The position numbers were made by a program, and so were the translations under genes. The notes under the pieces were generated by a model. That model ran no database searches. It saw nothing but the letters and a program-made list of their open reading frames with translations, and was not told the origin of the DNA. This document shows, piece by piece, positions 28,628-38,601 of a stretch of DNA of 64,000 nucleotides; the first letter of the stretch is position 1; every line of letters begins with the position of its first letter. Origin of the DNA: a bacterium. Its GTDB lineage: Bacteria; UBA8248. The stretch covers positions 3,360,001 to 3,424,000 of the forward strand of contig OZ253442.1 of assembly GCA_965261085.1 (NCBI GenBank). The letters are read 5' to 3'.

Positions 28628-29971
28628 TTAAAATTCCGGAAACTCCGCCCTCCAGCCCATCTCGTCCTCAAACCACTTCGCCATCGCCAGGAGCTTCTCC
28701 TCGCCGCAGCGCATGGCCCCGAACTGGATTCCCAGGGGGAGGTTCATGTCCCCGCGTCCCAAAGGCAGGGTGATCGCAGGCTGGCCCGAAAAGGTAAGCG
28801 GCTGCAAAAAGGCCGGCCCCCCGGTGGATTCCTCCCACGGCGGTGGCCCCGCATCGAAACTCGGAAGCACGAACAAATCGTAGCGGTTCATCAAATCGTC
28901 CATTTTCCGGGTGAAATTCGTGCGAACGCGCATCGCCTTCACGTAATGAACCGAGGGCGTCATATAGCCAATCGTGAAACTCCTGCGCACGAAAGGCGAG
29001 AGGTCATCCTTGTGCGCCGCGTACAAATCCTCATGGCAGGATGCGAAATCCACGCACCGGACGATGAAATGCGCCGCGTTTATCTCATCCATGCTCAGAG
29101 GCAACTCCACCTCGTGGACGGCGACGCCCTTCGATTCGATTCGGGCTATGGCCCGTTCGGTCCACTCGACGACTTCCTCGCTGGCAAGCGCGAGCAAATG
29201 CTTCAAATATGCGATTTTCTCCGGTTTCCGGGGCGTCTGGTTCGCGGCGGGCGGGGGGGACTGCACGGCGCTGTGATCCATCCCATCCGGTCCGGCCGCC
29301 ACTTCGAGAATTTTGGCGATATCTTCTACTGTGCGCGCTATGATTCCTGGGTGATCGAAATTCCACGAAACTTCGATGACGCCCGTTCTGGGAATGCGTC
29401 CATAGGTGGGCTTCAGACCCGGTACGCCACAATACGCGGCGGGGCGAAGCGTGGAGCCCGTCGTCTGGCTGCCGAACGCGGCGGGCACCATCCCCGCGCC
29501 CACGGCCGCGGCCGAGCCGCTGCTCGACCCGCCCGGGCTTCGCTCGATGTTCCAGGGATTGCGGGTGATCGATGGATCCCCCTGCGCGAAAGGCGTGGTC
29601 ACCGCCTTGCCCAGGGCAATCGCGCCCGCACTCCGCAAGCGCGCCACGCACTCGGCGTCATCGGAAGCTATCTGTCCCTTGAAAATCTCCGTTCCCGCTT
29701 CGAGCTTGAGTCCCCGGATGCCGAAAATATCCTTGGCCGCAAAAGGCGCCCCCGCCAGAGGGCCTAACTCCTCCCCGGCGTTCCTGGCGTCATCCACCGC
29801 CTTCGCCGCCTCGAGCGCGCCCTCATTATCCACCTGCACCCAGGCTTTCACCTTATCCTCACACGCGTCGATACGGGATAAAAGAGAGCGCACCCATTCC
29901 GTCGCGGTGAGATCGCCCTCCTCCATCTTGCGCAAACCATCGCTCAACGAGAGCCGCCAGTGTTCACTCAT
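28628..29971 (-). CDS. Amidase signature family enzyme
   Basis: GPLAGAPFAAKD, PGGSSSGSAAAV, GSQTTGSTLRPA. Confidence 0.93.
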   Translation of the reverse strand: MSEHWRLSLSDGLRKMEEGDLTATEWVRSLLSRIDACEDKVKAWVQVDNEGALEAAKAVDDARNAGEELGPLAGAPFAAKDIFGIRGLKLEAGTEIFKGQIASDDAECVARLRSAGAIALGKAVTTPFAQGDPSITRNPWNIERSPGGSSSGSAAAVGAGMVPAAFGSQTTGSTLRPAAYCGVPGLKPTYGRIPRTGVIEVSWNFDHPGIIARTVEDIAKILEVAAGPDGMDHSAVQSPPPAANQTPRKPEKIAYLKHLLALASEEVVEWTERAIARIESKGVAVHEVELPLSMDEINAAHFIVRCVDFASCHEDLYAAHKDDLSPFVRRSFTIGYMTPSVHYVKAMRVRTNFTRKMDDLMNRYDLFVLPSFDAGPPPWEESTGGPAFLQPLTFSGQPAITLPLGRGDMNLPLGIQFGAMRCGEEKLLAMAKWFEDEMGWRAEFPEF

Positions 29972-30189
29972 TTCGCGCCCTCATCAGCCTTAAGATTTTC
30001 GAGTGGGGGGATAAACGGTTCATCGGTGGATTCCACGGGTATATTGGAGAGGATTTGAAGCATCCGGGCGCAATCATCCGCCGTCTTGAGGCCTAGTTCA
30101 TCCTGGGGCACGTCAAAGACGGCAGCGGCCATCTCGCTTATTCGCGCCGCTATTTTGTGATGACCCTCTTGTGGTTGTGGCATATTCAC
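29968..30189 (-). CDS. Small amidase-associated protein (GatC/AtzG-like position)
   Basis: 73 aa, overlaps the amidase start; ends ...DEPF.P like amidase small subunits. Confidence 0.55.
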   Translation of the reverse strand: MNMPQPQEGHHKIAARISEMAAAVFDVPQDELGLKTADDCARMLQILSNIPVESTDEPFIPPLENLKADEGAK

Positions 30190-30303
30190 TCTCCCGATTG
30201 CATGGATGTCACCCAGTCCGGCATATCGCGTTAGGCATTTCGCATGAAAGCATCATACTATAAAGGAGCCGCCATGATTAAGGGCGATGAGAGGGAAAAA
30301 CGC

Positions 30304-30756
30304 ATGAAAATCTGGGTGGATGCGGACGCATGCCCACAAGATGTCAAAGAGATCCTCTATAAAACCGCAAATCGGCTCGATATTCCCACCGTGCTGGTGG
30401 CCAACATGAAGCTGAGGACGCCGGATATTCCCTCGGTTTCCATGATACAGGTCCCCGGCGGAGCGGACGTGGCCGATGAGTACATCGTAGAGCACTTGAG
30501 CTCAGGCGATTTCGTCATCACCGCGGATGTTCCCTTCGCGGCGAAAGCGGTCGAAAAAGGCGCGCTGGCCATCGACCCCCGAGGCGAAGTCTATAGCGAA
30601 GAAAACGTGGGCGAGCGGCTTTCCTTGAGAAACTTCATGATGGATATGCGCTCGGGCGGCCTCGTCCAGGGCGGCCCGCCACCCATGGCCACCTCGGATC
30701 GCCATAAATTCGCAGCGGCGCTCGACAGGGAATTGACGAAAAAACGGAACAGCTAG
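30304..30756 (+). CDS. yaiI: YaiI/YqxD (UPF0178) family protein
   Basis: MKIWVDADACP, VITADVP.A, DPRG, GGPPP. Confidence 0.92.
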   Translation: MKIWVDADACPQDVKEILYKTANRLDIPTVLVANMKLRTPDIPSVSMIQVPGGADVADEYIVEHLSSGDFVITADVPFAAKAVEKGALAIDPRGEVYSEENVGERLSLRNFMMDMRSGGLVQGGPPPMATSDRHKFAAALDRELTKKRNS

Positions 30757-31739
30757 GCGTTCACGTCGACGACCACGCGGCCCCTCACCTGTCCTTTCAG
30801 GATATCACCGCCCAGGCCGGCCAGATCGGAAAGCGTCGCTTCGGTGATCATGGATTCGAGTTTGTCCATGGGCATCTGCTCCGCAAGCCGCGCCCACGCC
30901 TTTTGACGAGGTTCATAGGGGCACATGACGGAATCGATGCCCAGAAGATTCACGCCCCGCAGGAGAAACGGGATCACCGTCGTCTCGAGCGCGCTCCCGC
31001 CGGCCAGACCCACCGCCGCCACCGAGCTTCGGTATTTCATCTGCGTCAGCAGACGCGCCAGCGTCGTGCCGCCCACCGAATCGACGCACCCCGCCCAGCG
31101 CTCGCTATCGAGCGGGCGTTTCGTGGGTTCGGCGAGTTCGCTCCGGGCAATGATGTTCGAAGCGCCGAGTGATTGGAGATATCCGTGGGTCTCCTCCCTC
31201 CCCGTCGACGCGGTGACGGAATAGCCCTGACTCGCAAGAACGGCCACGGCGACGGAACCCACCCCACCGGCGGCGCCTGTGACCAGGACTTCCCCGTCTT
31301 CGATGCCCAGGCCATGGTCTTCTAACGCCTGAACGGAGAGCATGGCCGTGAAGCCGGCCGTGCCGAGCGCCATCGCCTGTCTCGTTGAGAGATTCTCCGG
31401 CAGGTGGACCAGCCAATCCCCCTTCACGCGCGACTTTTGGGAATATCCCCCCCAGTGCGCCTCGCCGACCCGCCAGCCGGTGAGGACTACCTTGTCTCCG
31501 GTGTGATAATCGTGGTGCGCGCTCTCCTCCACCGTGCCCGCGAAATCGATGCCCCCGATGTGGGGATAATTCCGCACCATCCGCCCGACGCCGCCCAGGA
31601 TCATCCCGTCCTTATAGTTGAGCGTAGAATAATCAATCGCGACCGTCACGTCGCCATCCGGCAGGCTCGCCTCGTCGAGTTCCTGAATCGATGAACTGAC
31701 TTTCCCGTCCGCTTCCTCTAAAACCAGAGCACGAAACAT
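30753..31739 (-). CDS. acuI: Acrylyl-CoA reductase, AcuI/YhdH family
   Basis: YSTLNYKDG, GIDFAG, GTAGFTAML, TGAAGGVGS, PFLLRGVNLLGIDSV. Confidence 0.9.
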   Translation of the reverse strand: MFRALVLEEADGKVSSSIQELDEASLPDGDVTVAIDYSTLNYKDGMILGGVGRMVRNYPHIGGIDFAGTVEESAHHDYHTGDKVVLTGWRVGEAHWGGYSQKSRVKGDWLVHLPENLSTRQAMALGTAGFTAMLSVQALEDHGLGIEDGEVLVTGAAGGVGSVAVAVLASQGYSVTASTGREETHGYLQSLGASNIIARSELAEPTKRPLDSERWAGCVDSVGGTTLARLLTQMKYRSSVAAVGLAGGSALETTVIPFLLRGVNLLGIDSVMCPYEPRQKAWARLAEQMPMDKLESMITEATLSDLAGLGGDILKGQVRGRVVVDVNA

Positions 31740-31759
31740 AACGCATCATCTCCATATGG

Positions 31760-32245
31760 TTAGCTTAGTTCGATTGCCTCTTTGAGCTGGCCGAGCGTCG
31801 CCTCGGCAAACGCCCACATGTTCGCCTCCCTGTCCGCGCTGCCCGTCTCCAGCGTCATCACCTTGTTCACCGGGCCGGAAACCGCCATGCACGAGTGCCC
31901 GGGCGCATCCCCGTATCTGTTTCCCGAAGGGCCTGCGGCCCCGGTTTCGGAAACACCCCAGGTCGATCCGAGCCTGTCCTTGATCGCCGCGGCCAGCTTC
32001 GCCGCATAGGGCTCCGTGCTCGGCCGCATACCCTCGAAGGCGTCCTCGGGAAGCCCGAGGAGAATGCTCCTCGAATCATAGGTGTAGAGAACGCCGCCGC
32101 CCATGTAGTAGGCCGAAGCCCCCGGAACGGCGAGCAGAGCGGCCGACACCAGGCCACCTGCGGATGTTTCCGAAACGGCGACCGTCTGCCCCTTATCTTT
32201 TAACAATTGCCCGATTTCACCGGCCATTCGCGTGAGCAAATCCAT
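31760..32245 (-). CDS. CinA / PncC-like C-terminal domain protein
   Basis: VAVSETSAGGL, VPGASAYY.GG, ETGAAGP. Confidence 0.85.
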   Translation of the reverse strand: MDLLTRMAGEIGQLLKDKGQTVAVSETSAGGLVSAALLAVPGASAYYMGGGVLYTYDSRSILLGLPEDAFEGMRPSTEPYAAKLAAAIKDRLGSTWGVSETGAAGPSGNRYGDAPGHSCMAVSGPVNKVMTLETGSADREANMWAFAEATLGQLKEAIELS

Positions 32246-32438
32246 GAGGTTCTCCAGATGAGAAAATTTTGAACTTAGAAGGTGGAACAATGGCACATTC
32301 TCGCCCTAAAATCACCCTGTCACCGGTATTGGACGCATGAAACGCCAAGGCGGGGGGACTTGTTTCCCACTCGTGATATACTGCGCTCAAAGCACGCTTA
32401 TTCCATGAGGATGCCCGAATTCGTGGAGGTAACTTCTT

Positions 32439-34766
32439 ATGCCCGACGGACGGGACGGGGTCGAAAAACGTCACCACAGTTCCCACTGGGGGGCATTTCA
32501 GGCGCATGTGCGCGATGGGCGAATGGTGGGTTTCGAGCCGTTCGCCAAGGACCCGGCGCCCTCCCCCATCCTGAAGTCGATCCAGGACGCCGTTTACGAT
32601 GAAAGCCGCGTCTCCCAGCCGATGATCCGCGCGGGCTGGCTCGAAGGCGGCCCCGGCAAAAACACCGAAGGACGCGGCGGCGAGCCTTTCGTGCCCGTCT
32701 CCTGGGATTTTGCCCTTAAGACTGTCGCCGACGAAGTAAAGCGCATCACTACCGAACACGGGAATGAATCCATTTTCGCGGGCTCATACGGCTGGGCGAG
32801 CGCGGGCCGCTTCCACCATGCGAACACTCTGGTGAAGAGATTCTTCAATTGCTGCGGCGGCTTTACGGATCAGGTGACCACCTACAGCATCGCCGCCGGA
32901 TACGTCATCCTCCCCCACGTTCTGGGGGACAACATCGCCTGCTCGGGCCCCATCACGACTTGGGACAGCATTGCGGAAGAGGCCGGGTTGTTCGTGATGT
33001 TCGGCGGGGTTCCGATCAAGAACACACAAGTCGCCTCAGGAGGCGCAGGAGAACACACCCTGGCGCTTTGGCTCGAAAGGGCGATAGCGAACGGCGCGAA
33101 ATTCGTGAACATCAGCCCTTTGAAAGACGATGCACCCGATTTTCTGGACGCCCAGTGGCTCGCCGTGCGCCCCAATACGGACGTGGCGCTTATGCTCGGC
33201 CTCGCCCATGGGCTTTGGGAAGAGAATCTGCACGATACGGATTTCCTCACGCGCTACTGTGTGGGTTTCGATAAATTCGAAGCCTATCTGACGGGCAAAA
33301 TCGACGGCCGGCCTAAGAACGCGGACTGGGCGGCTGCGATTACGGGAATCGAGGCGGACGTCATCCGAAATCTCGCGCGGCGCATGGCAAGCACGCGAAC
33401 CATGCTCAACACGAACTGGTCGCTCCAGCGCGGTGATCATGGCGAGCAGACGTTCTGGATGACCACCACGCTCGCCGCCATGCTCGGGCAAATCGGCCTG
33501 CCCGGCGGCGGATTCGGTTTCGGCTACGGGAGCATGGGCGGGCGCGGGACTCCGCGCGAGAACATCTCAACGCCCAACATGAAGGCCGGGAAAAACCCGA
33601 CGGGCAGCTTCATCCCCGTCGCCCGCATCGCGGACATGATGCTCCACCCGGGCGAGGAATATGACTTCAACGGTGAGCGCCGCACCTACCCGGACATCCG
33701 CATGGTGTACTGGTGCGGGGGCAATCCTTTCCATCACCATCAGGATTTGAACCGCCTAGTGAAGGCGTGGCGGCGACCCGAAACCATCGTAGTTCACGAG
33801 CCCTGGTGGACGTCCACTGCGCGCCATGCGGACATCGTGCTGCCTGCGACCACTACGCTCGAGCGCAACGACATCGGTTCAAGTTCGAGAGACCGCTTCA
33901 TCCTCGCCATGCACAAGGTCATCGAGCCGGTGGGCGACGCACGGCATGATTTCGACATTTTCGCCGACTTGGCCGAACGACTCGGGGTCAAGCGCGAATT
34001 CACCGAAGACCGCGACGAGATGGAATGGCTCCAGCACATCTACGAGGAAGCGCGCCAGAAAGCCGCTTCTAGGGGCGTGGTTCTGGACATTTTCGAGCAT
34101 TTCTGGGAGACCGGGCATACCGAAGTCGCCCCGCCGGAGACGCCGCACGTCTACCTGGCCGATTTCAGGGAAGACCCGGAAAAAAATCCGCTCAAGACGC
34201 CTTCCGGGAAAATCGAGGTGTACTCCGAGCGCATCGAGAGCTTCCGGTACGCCGATTGCCCGCCCCATCCCACCTGGCTCGAACCCGTAGAATGGCTGGG
34301 AAGCGAACTGGCGGAGAAATTTCCGCTGCACCTGATCTCGAACCAGCCGCGCACGAGACTGCACGGCCAGATGGACAACGGAACCACCAGCCTCGAAAGC
34401 AAGATTCAAGGCAGGGAGCCGGTGTGGATTCACCCCGATGACGCTGCCGCACGGGGAATTGAAGGTGGCGACGTCGTCAAGATTTTCAACGAGCGCGGGG
34501 CCATCCTCGCGGGAGCCGTCATCACAGAGGGGCTCCTCCCCGGGGTGATTCAACTCTCCACTGGCGCCTGGTATGACCCGCAGGAACCCGGGAAAATCGG
34601 TGCGCTCGACAAGCACGGAAACCCCAACGTACTGACGCCCGACAAGGGAACCTCCAGCCTCGGCCAGGGCCCAAGCGCGCACAGCGCGCTGGTGGAAATG
34701 GAGCGCTACGAGGAAGAGCTTCCCGAAATCACGATATTTCAACCCCCATCCTTCATTGAGGCGTAA
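32439..34766 (+). CDS. Cytoplasmic molybdopterin S/N-oxide reductase (BisC/TorA/DorA type)
   Basis: SHWG, SYGWASAG, TYS..A (Ser ligand), GGNPFHHHQD, RLHGQ; no twin-arginine signal. Confidence 0.92.
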   Translation: MPDGRDGVEKRHHSSHWGAFQAHVRDGRMVGFEPFAKDPAPSPILKSIQDAVYDESRVSQPMIRAGWLEGGPGKNTEGRGGEPFVPVSWDFALKTVADEVKRITTEHGNESIFAGSYGWASAGRFHHANTLVKRFFNCCGGFTDQVTTYSIAAGYVILPHVLGDNIACSGPITTWDSIAEEAGLFVMFGGVPIKNTQVASGGAGEHTLALWLERAIANGAKFVNISPLKDDAPDFLDAQWLAVRPNTDVALMLGLAHGLWEENLHDTDFLTRYCVGFDKFEAYLTGKIDGRPKNADWAAAITGIEADVIRNLARRMASTRTMLNTNWSLQRGDHGEQTFWMTTTLAAMLGQIGLPGGGFGFGYGSMGGRGTPRENISTPNMKAGKNPTGSFIPVARIADMMLHPGEEYDFNGERRTYPDIRMVYWCGGNPFHHHQDLNRLVKAWRRPETIVVHEPWWTSTARHADIVLPATTTLERNDIGSSSRDRFILAMHKVIEPVGDARHDFDIFADLAERLGVKREFTEDRDEMEWLQHIYEEARQKAASRGVVLDIFEHFWETGHTEVAPPETPHVYLADFREDPEKNPLKTPSGKIEVYSERIESFRYADCPPHPTWLEPVEWLGSELAEKFPLHLISNQPRTRLHGQMDNGTTSLESKIQGREPVWIHPDDAAARGIEGGDVVKIFNERGAILAGAVITEGLLPGVIQLSTGAWYDPQEPGKIGALDKHGNPNVLTPDKGTSSLGQGPSAHSALVEMERYEEELPEITIFQPPSFIEA

Positions 34767-36158
34767 ATGTCAAATAAATTCTTTTCAGACCACGCAAAGT
34801 GGCCCCGGTGCGTTTCGGGGGGGCCTTTCCTGTTCTTCAGCGGGCGGATGGGAATGCACCCGCAAACGGGGAACATCTGCACCAAGTACGCCGAAATCGG
34901 AGACAAAGGGCCTGCGCGGACCAAAAATTACCCCTGGGTCGACAAGATCGAAGCGCCCATCGGAGCTCAGGCCATCGCTACCTATGAGGGCGTGGGGGAA
35001 ACGCTTGAGGCAAACGGCGGTGGGCTGGAGAATCTGCTCAGGTTTCATCTGTATCAGCTCGACAAGCGCTTTTTCCCGGTGTTCGACAGCATCAGGCGCC
35101 ACTATGAACCTGCGGCCCCCACGCCGAGCACCGCCGTGGGCATGGGCGCGTTCGACCCGGAGAGAACAGTGCGCTTCAACATCGACGGCATCGCCCTGAA
35201 TCCCAAAGCGGCGGAAACTTTGGGGGAAAGAATGGTGCATGAAGGCTCAAAGGCGCATTCGGCCGCCGCTCATTTCTCCCACGTCGTGGGCGCGGGGCCG
35301 TACCTGTTCGTCGCCGGGCAGATTCCGACGGATACCTCCAAACCCGGCTCTCCCCTCATTCGCAATTATCCTGATATCCCTAAAAAGGGGAGATTCCTCT
35401 CCGTAGGCCAGAGCCACGAGGACAGCCGAAACGGCCCCATCGCCGCGCAATCGTGGTTCGTGTACGACCTCATCCGAAAACATCTGGAGGGCTCGGGCTC
35501 TTCTCTTAAAAACATCCTGAACCTCACCGTCTATCTCCAGGACATGCGGGATTTCCCCACCTTCCACCGCATCCACGAGAGATTTTTCCAAAAAGACCCG
35601 CCAGCCCTTACGGTGATGCAGGTGGCGGAAGTCGGCCACAAGGGGGAGAAAATTGAAATCGAGCCCACGGCGTTGACGAACAAAGGGGACTTCAAGCGCG
35701 AGGTGATCCGCGGCGACGATGGATCAGGCGCGCAGATGAGCCTCGGTATCGAGGCGGGCGGTCTTTTGTTCCTCTCAAACCTTGTCGGCCTGAACGAAGA
35801 CGGTGAACCGATTAGCAAAAGAAGTGAATTGAGGGGAGCGCTCCGCAAGAAACTACCGAAAGCATCTTCGCCATCGACGAAAAACGCGGTCTTACAGGGG
35901 CTGGATATTCTGGATCGGATGGAAAGCGCGATGAAAGCCGCAGACTCCGATATGAGCCGGGTGACGCACCTGACCCTGTTTCTCCAGAACATCGCTCACC
36001 TATCGGCGCTCGAGCCTTTGTTCAGAAAGTACTTTCCGAAACGAAGGCCGGCCTTCACGGCGATACAGATACCGGAGCCCTCGCCCGTCGCGGGTACGGA
36101 AGTCTCGATTACGGCCATCGGGTGGATAGGCGATGGCGAGCCGGAAATCGTCGCCTAA
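34767..36158 (+). CDS. Protein of three tandem RidA/YjgF domains
   Basis: Three repeats of the G..LF.(S/A)G..., L.N/R...L.LYL/FL.., P..T... pattern; start abuts the molybdoenzyme stop. Confidence 0.8.
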   Translation: MSNKFFSDHAKWPRCVSGGPFLFFSGRMGMHPQTGNICTKYAEIGDKGPARTKNYPWVDKIEAPIGAQAIATYEGVGETLEANGGGLENLLRFHLYQLDKRFFPVFDSIRRHYEPAAPTPSTAVGMGAFDPERTVRFNIDGIALNPKAAETLGERMVHEGSKAHSAAAHFSHVVGAGPYLFVAGQIPTDTSKPGSPLIRNYPDIPKKGRFLSVGQSHEDSRNGPIAAQSWFVYDLIRKHLEGSGSSLKNILNLTVYLQDMRDFPTFHRIHERFFQKDPPALTVMQVAEVGHKGEKIEIEPTALTNKGDFKREVIRGDDGSGAQMSLGIEAGGLLFLSNLVGLNEDGEPISKRSELRGALRKKLPKASSPSTKNAVLQGLDILDRMESAMKAADSDMSRVTHLTLFLQNIAHLSALEPLFRKYFPKRRPAFTAIQIPEPSPVAGTEVSITAIGWIGDGEPEIVA

Positions 36159-36255
36159 GGCTACCCCGCATCGCAGACCCTGTGACCGGCGAGGTCTTCG
36201 ATGAGTGTGGCGAAGCCGCTGTGGTCCAGTTCTCCGCGATCCGCAGCCTGGAAAA

Positions 36256-37593
36256 TTACTCGCCGAGTCGGGCCTCCAGCCATTTCGCCGTCCGAAGCAG
36301 CCTGGCGTCGTCTCCCTTAGGCCCCACGAGTTGAACCCCGAGCGGCATCCCGTCCGCTCCCTTCATCAAGGGGAGCGTTACGGCCGGCGTTCCGCACAAA
36401 GTCCAGATGGTGCAAAAAATCGGATTCCCCGTCGTGCCGAGCCCGAGCGGCGCCTGCCCCGGCGCAGGTGGTGTGAGTAGGGCGTCGAACCGCTCGAACA
36501 TCTCTCCCAGCAAACCGTTCAGCACAGGCACCCGTTCCACCGCCCGGGTGTAATCCACCGCAAGATATTTTTGGCCGCGTTCGATCATCTTGCACAGAAG
36601 ATCGCTTATCTTGTCCTTGCCGCGTACGTATTCCATCTCGAAATTTCGCGCGAGGTTCGATTCCAGGATGATTTGGTGCCACTCGATTGCGTTGTTGAAG
36701 GGCTCGGGTAGTTCGACCTCCTCCACTATCTCCTCGCCCAGATGCGCCGCCAATTCCTCAAAGGCCGCCTGCGCGTCCTCATCGGCCTGATTCCAGACGG
36801 GCGTTTTCACGAACGCAAAGCGCGGGGTGACCGGAGGCTCCGAGGCGGCGATTTCCCGCAGTCTCGGGGCCGCGCGATGCCACATATCCGGATCGCGCGC
36901 GTCAAAGACCATCAACTGATCGCCCAGGAAGGCGAGGTCCTCGACCGAGCGTCCGAAAAGACCCACGTGGTCGATCGGCCTCGACTGCGGAAGCATTCCG
37001 TAGCGTGAAATTGATCCGAACGTGGGCTTGAAGCCACAGACACCGCAATAAGAGGCGGGCCGTATGACGGAGCCGTTCGTCTGGCTCCCCACCGCCACGG
37101 GAACCATACAGGAGGCGACGGAGGCGGCCGAACCGCTCGACGAACCGCCGGGCGTGCGCGTCGGATCGTGGGGGTTCTTCGTCTTGCCGGGAGCATAGAC
37201 GGCGAACTCCGTCGTCACGGTTTTCCCCATGATGACGGCGCCGGCGCTTTTGAGCAGGGATACGACCGCGGCATCCTCGGTGGGCCGGCGGCCCGCGTGA
37301 AGGGGGGAGCCGTTCTCGGTCGGCAGAGCGGCGGTGTCGATGATGTCCTTGATTCCGACGGGAACCCCGTGAAATGGACCAAGGGCCTTCCCTTCCCCTC
37401 TGGCGAGGTCGGCCTCTCTGGCCTGCGTCAGGGCGAACTCCTTGTCCAGGTGCTCCCAGGCGCCGATTTGCTCTTCTTGCTCCTCGATGCGGGCCAGACA
37501 CGCCTCGACGAGTTCCTCCGAGGTCAATTCGCCTTCGCGAATCGCCTCTGCGGCGCGAAGGGCGCTCATTTGAGCAGGATTCATCTCTTCCAT
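36256..37593 (-). CDS. Amidase signature family enzyme
   Basis: GVPVGIKD, TPGGSSSGSAA, GSQTNGSVIRPA. Confidence 0.93.
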   Translation of the reverse strand: MEEMNPAQMSALRAAEAIREGELTSEELVEACLARIEEQEEQIGAWEHLDKEFALTQAREADLARGEGKALGPFHGVPVGIKDIIDTAALPTENGSPLHAGRRPTEDAAVVSLLKSAGAVIMGKTVTTEFAVYAPGKTKNPHDPTRTPGGSSSGSAASVASCMVPVAVGSQTNGSVIRPASYCGVCGFKPTFGSISRYGMLPQSRPIDHVGLFGRSVEDLAFLGDQLMVFDARDPDMWHRAAPRLREIAASEPPVTPRFAFVKTPVWNQADEDAQAAFEELAAHLGEEIVEEVELPEPFNNAIEWHQIILESNLARNFEMEYVRGKDKISDLLCKMIERGQKYLAVDYTRAVERVPVLNGLLGEMFERFDALLTPPAPGQAPLGLGTTGNPIFCTIWTLCGTPAVTLPLMKGADGMPLGVQLVGPKGDDARLLRTAKWLEARLGE

Positions 37594-37654
37594 CAAACTA
37601 TTCCTCCAATCAGGGCGCTTCGCGCAGTCAGTTGTTTTCCTTGCCATTCTTCGA

Positions 37655-38554
37655 TCATCGGGGACGCTCCGCCGCGCCCAGCAACATGGCCACCGCGGCG
37701 AAATCCAAATCCCCCAGACCATCGCGCGAAGCCATGCGGTAGACCTGGTTCGCGGCTGCGCCGGAAGGACACGGCAACCCCAGGGACATGAGAGCGGAAA
37801 CGGCCAGGGACATATCCTTGAGCATCAAATCCACCGTAAAGCCCGCCTCGAAATCCTTGCTCGAAGGCGCGCCCTCGATGAGGCCGGGGCAAGGCGGGTC
37901 TTTTTCCATCACCCAGCTTCCGCCACTGCTCGTGCGTATCACCTCGTGGAGAATTTTGGTATCCACGCCCGACGCCTTGCCCATGGCGAACGCCTCCGCA
38001 GCCGCCACCATGGTGACGCCCGCTATTAAATTGTTGCAGAGTTTCGCGACCTGCCCCGCGCCGTACTCTCCGACGTGGATGATGTTTTTCCCCAGCAACG
38101 CCAGAACGGGCTGCGCCGCATCGAACGCCTCTTTCGGCCCCCCGACCATGATGGTGAGGCTCGCCGCCTCAGCGCCCATCACCCCGCCCGAGACGGGCGC
38201 GTCAATCGCCACCGCTCCGCGCTCAGTCGCTTCGGCGGCGAGTTTGCGGCTCTGCTCGGGCTCTATGGTGGAGAGGTCGACCAGCAAGCCGCCCTCGCCC
38301 ACGGCTTCCATGAGGCCTCCCTCGCCCAGGTAGACCACATCCACCTCGGCTCCCGTGGGCAAGGAAGTGAACACGATCTCGCAAGTAGCGGCGAGTTCCG
38401 CAGGGCCAGACGCCTCGGAGGCGCCATGAGAAACGGCGCTCTCCACGGCTTCGCGGCCGACGTCCACCACGCCCACTTCATGTCCCGCATTGATGAGGTG
38501 CGGCACCATGCGGCCACCCATTGCTCCGACTCCTACAAAACCCAATCGCTTCAT
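37655..38554 (-). CDS. 3-hydroxyisobutyrate dehydrogenase family protein
   Basis: GFVGVGAMG, DAPVSGG, KLCNN, GF...LMLKD. Confidence 0.9.
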   Translation of the reverse strand: MKRLGFVGVGAMGGRMVPHLINAGHEVGVVDVGREAVESAVSHGASEASGPAELAATCEIVFTSLPTGAEVDVVYLGEGGLMEAVGEGGLLVDLSTIEPEQSRKLAAEATERGAVAIDAPVSGGVMGAEAASLTIMVGGPKEAFDAAQPVLALLGKNIIHVGEYGAGQVAKLCNNLIAGVTMVAAAEAFAMGKASGVDTKILHEVIRTSSGGSWVMEKDPPCPGLIEGAPSSKDFEAGFTVDLMLKDMSLAVSALMSLGLPCPSGAAANQVYRMASRDGLGDLDFAAVAMLLGAAERPR

Positions 38555-38601
38555 CAGATATCCTCCACGAATAATTTTCTCATTTTCATTCTCATCAAAT
38601 C

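Noticed and set aside
22183-31739. DMSP lyase pathway (cupins plus AcuI)
   Set aside because: Cupin motifs are generic, the genes are not adjacent to acuI, and AcuI is widespread
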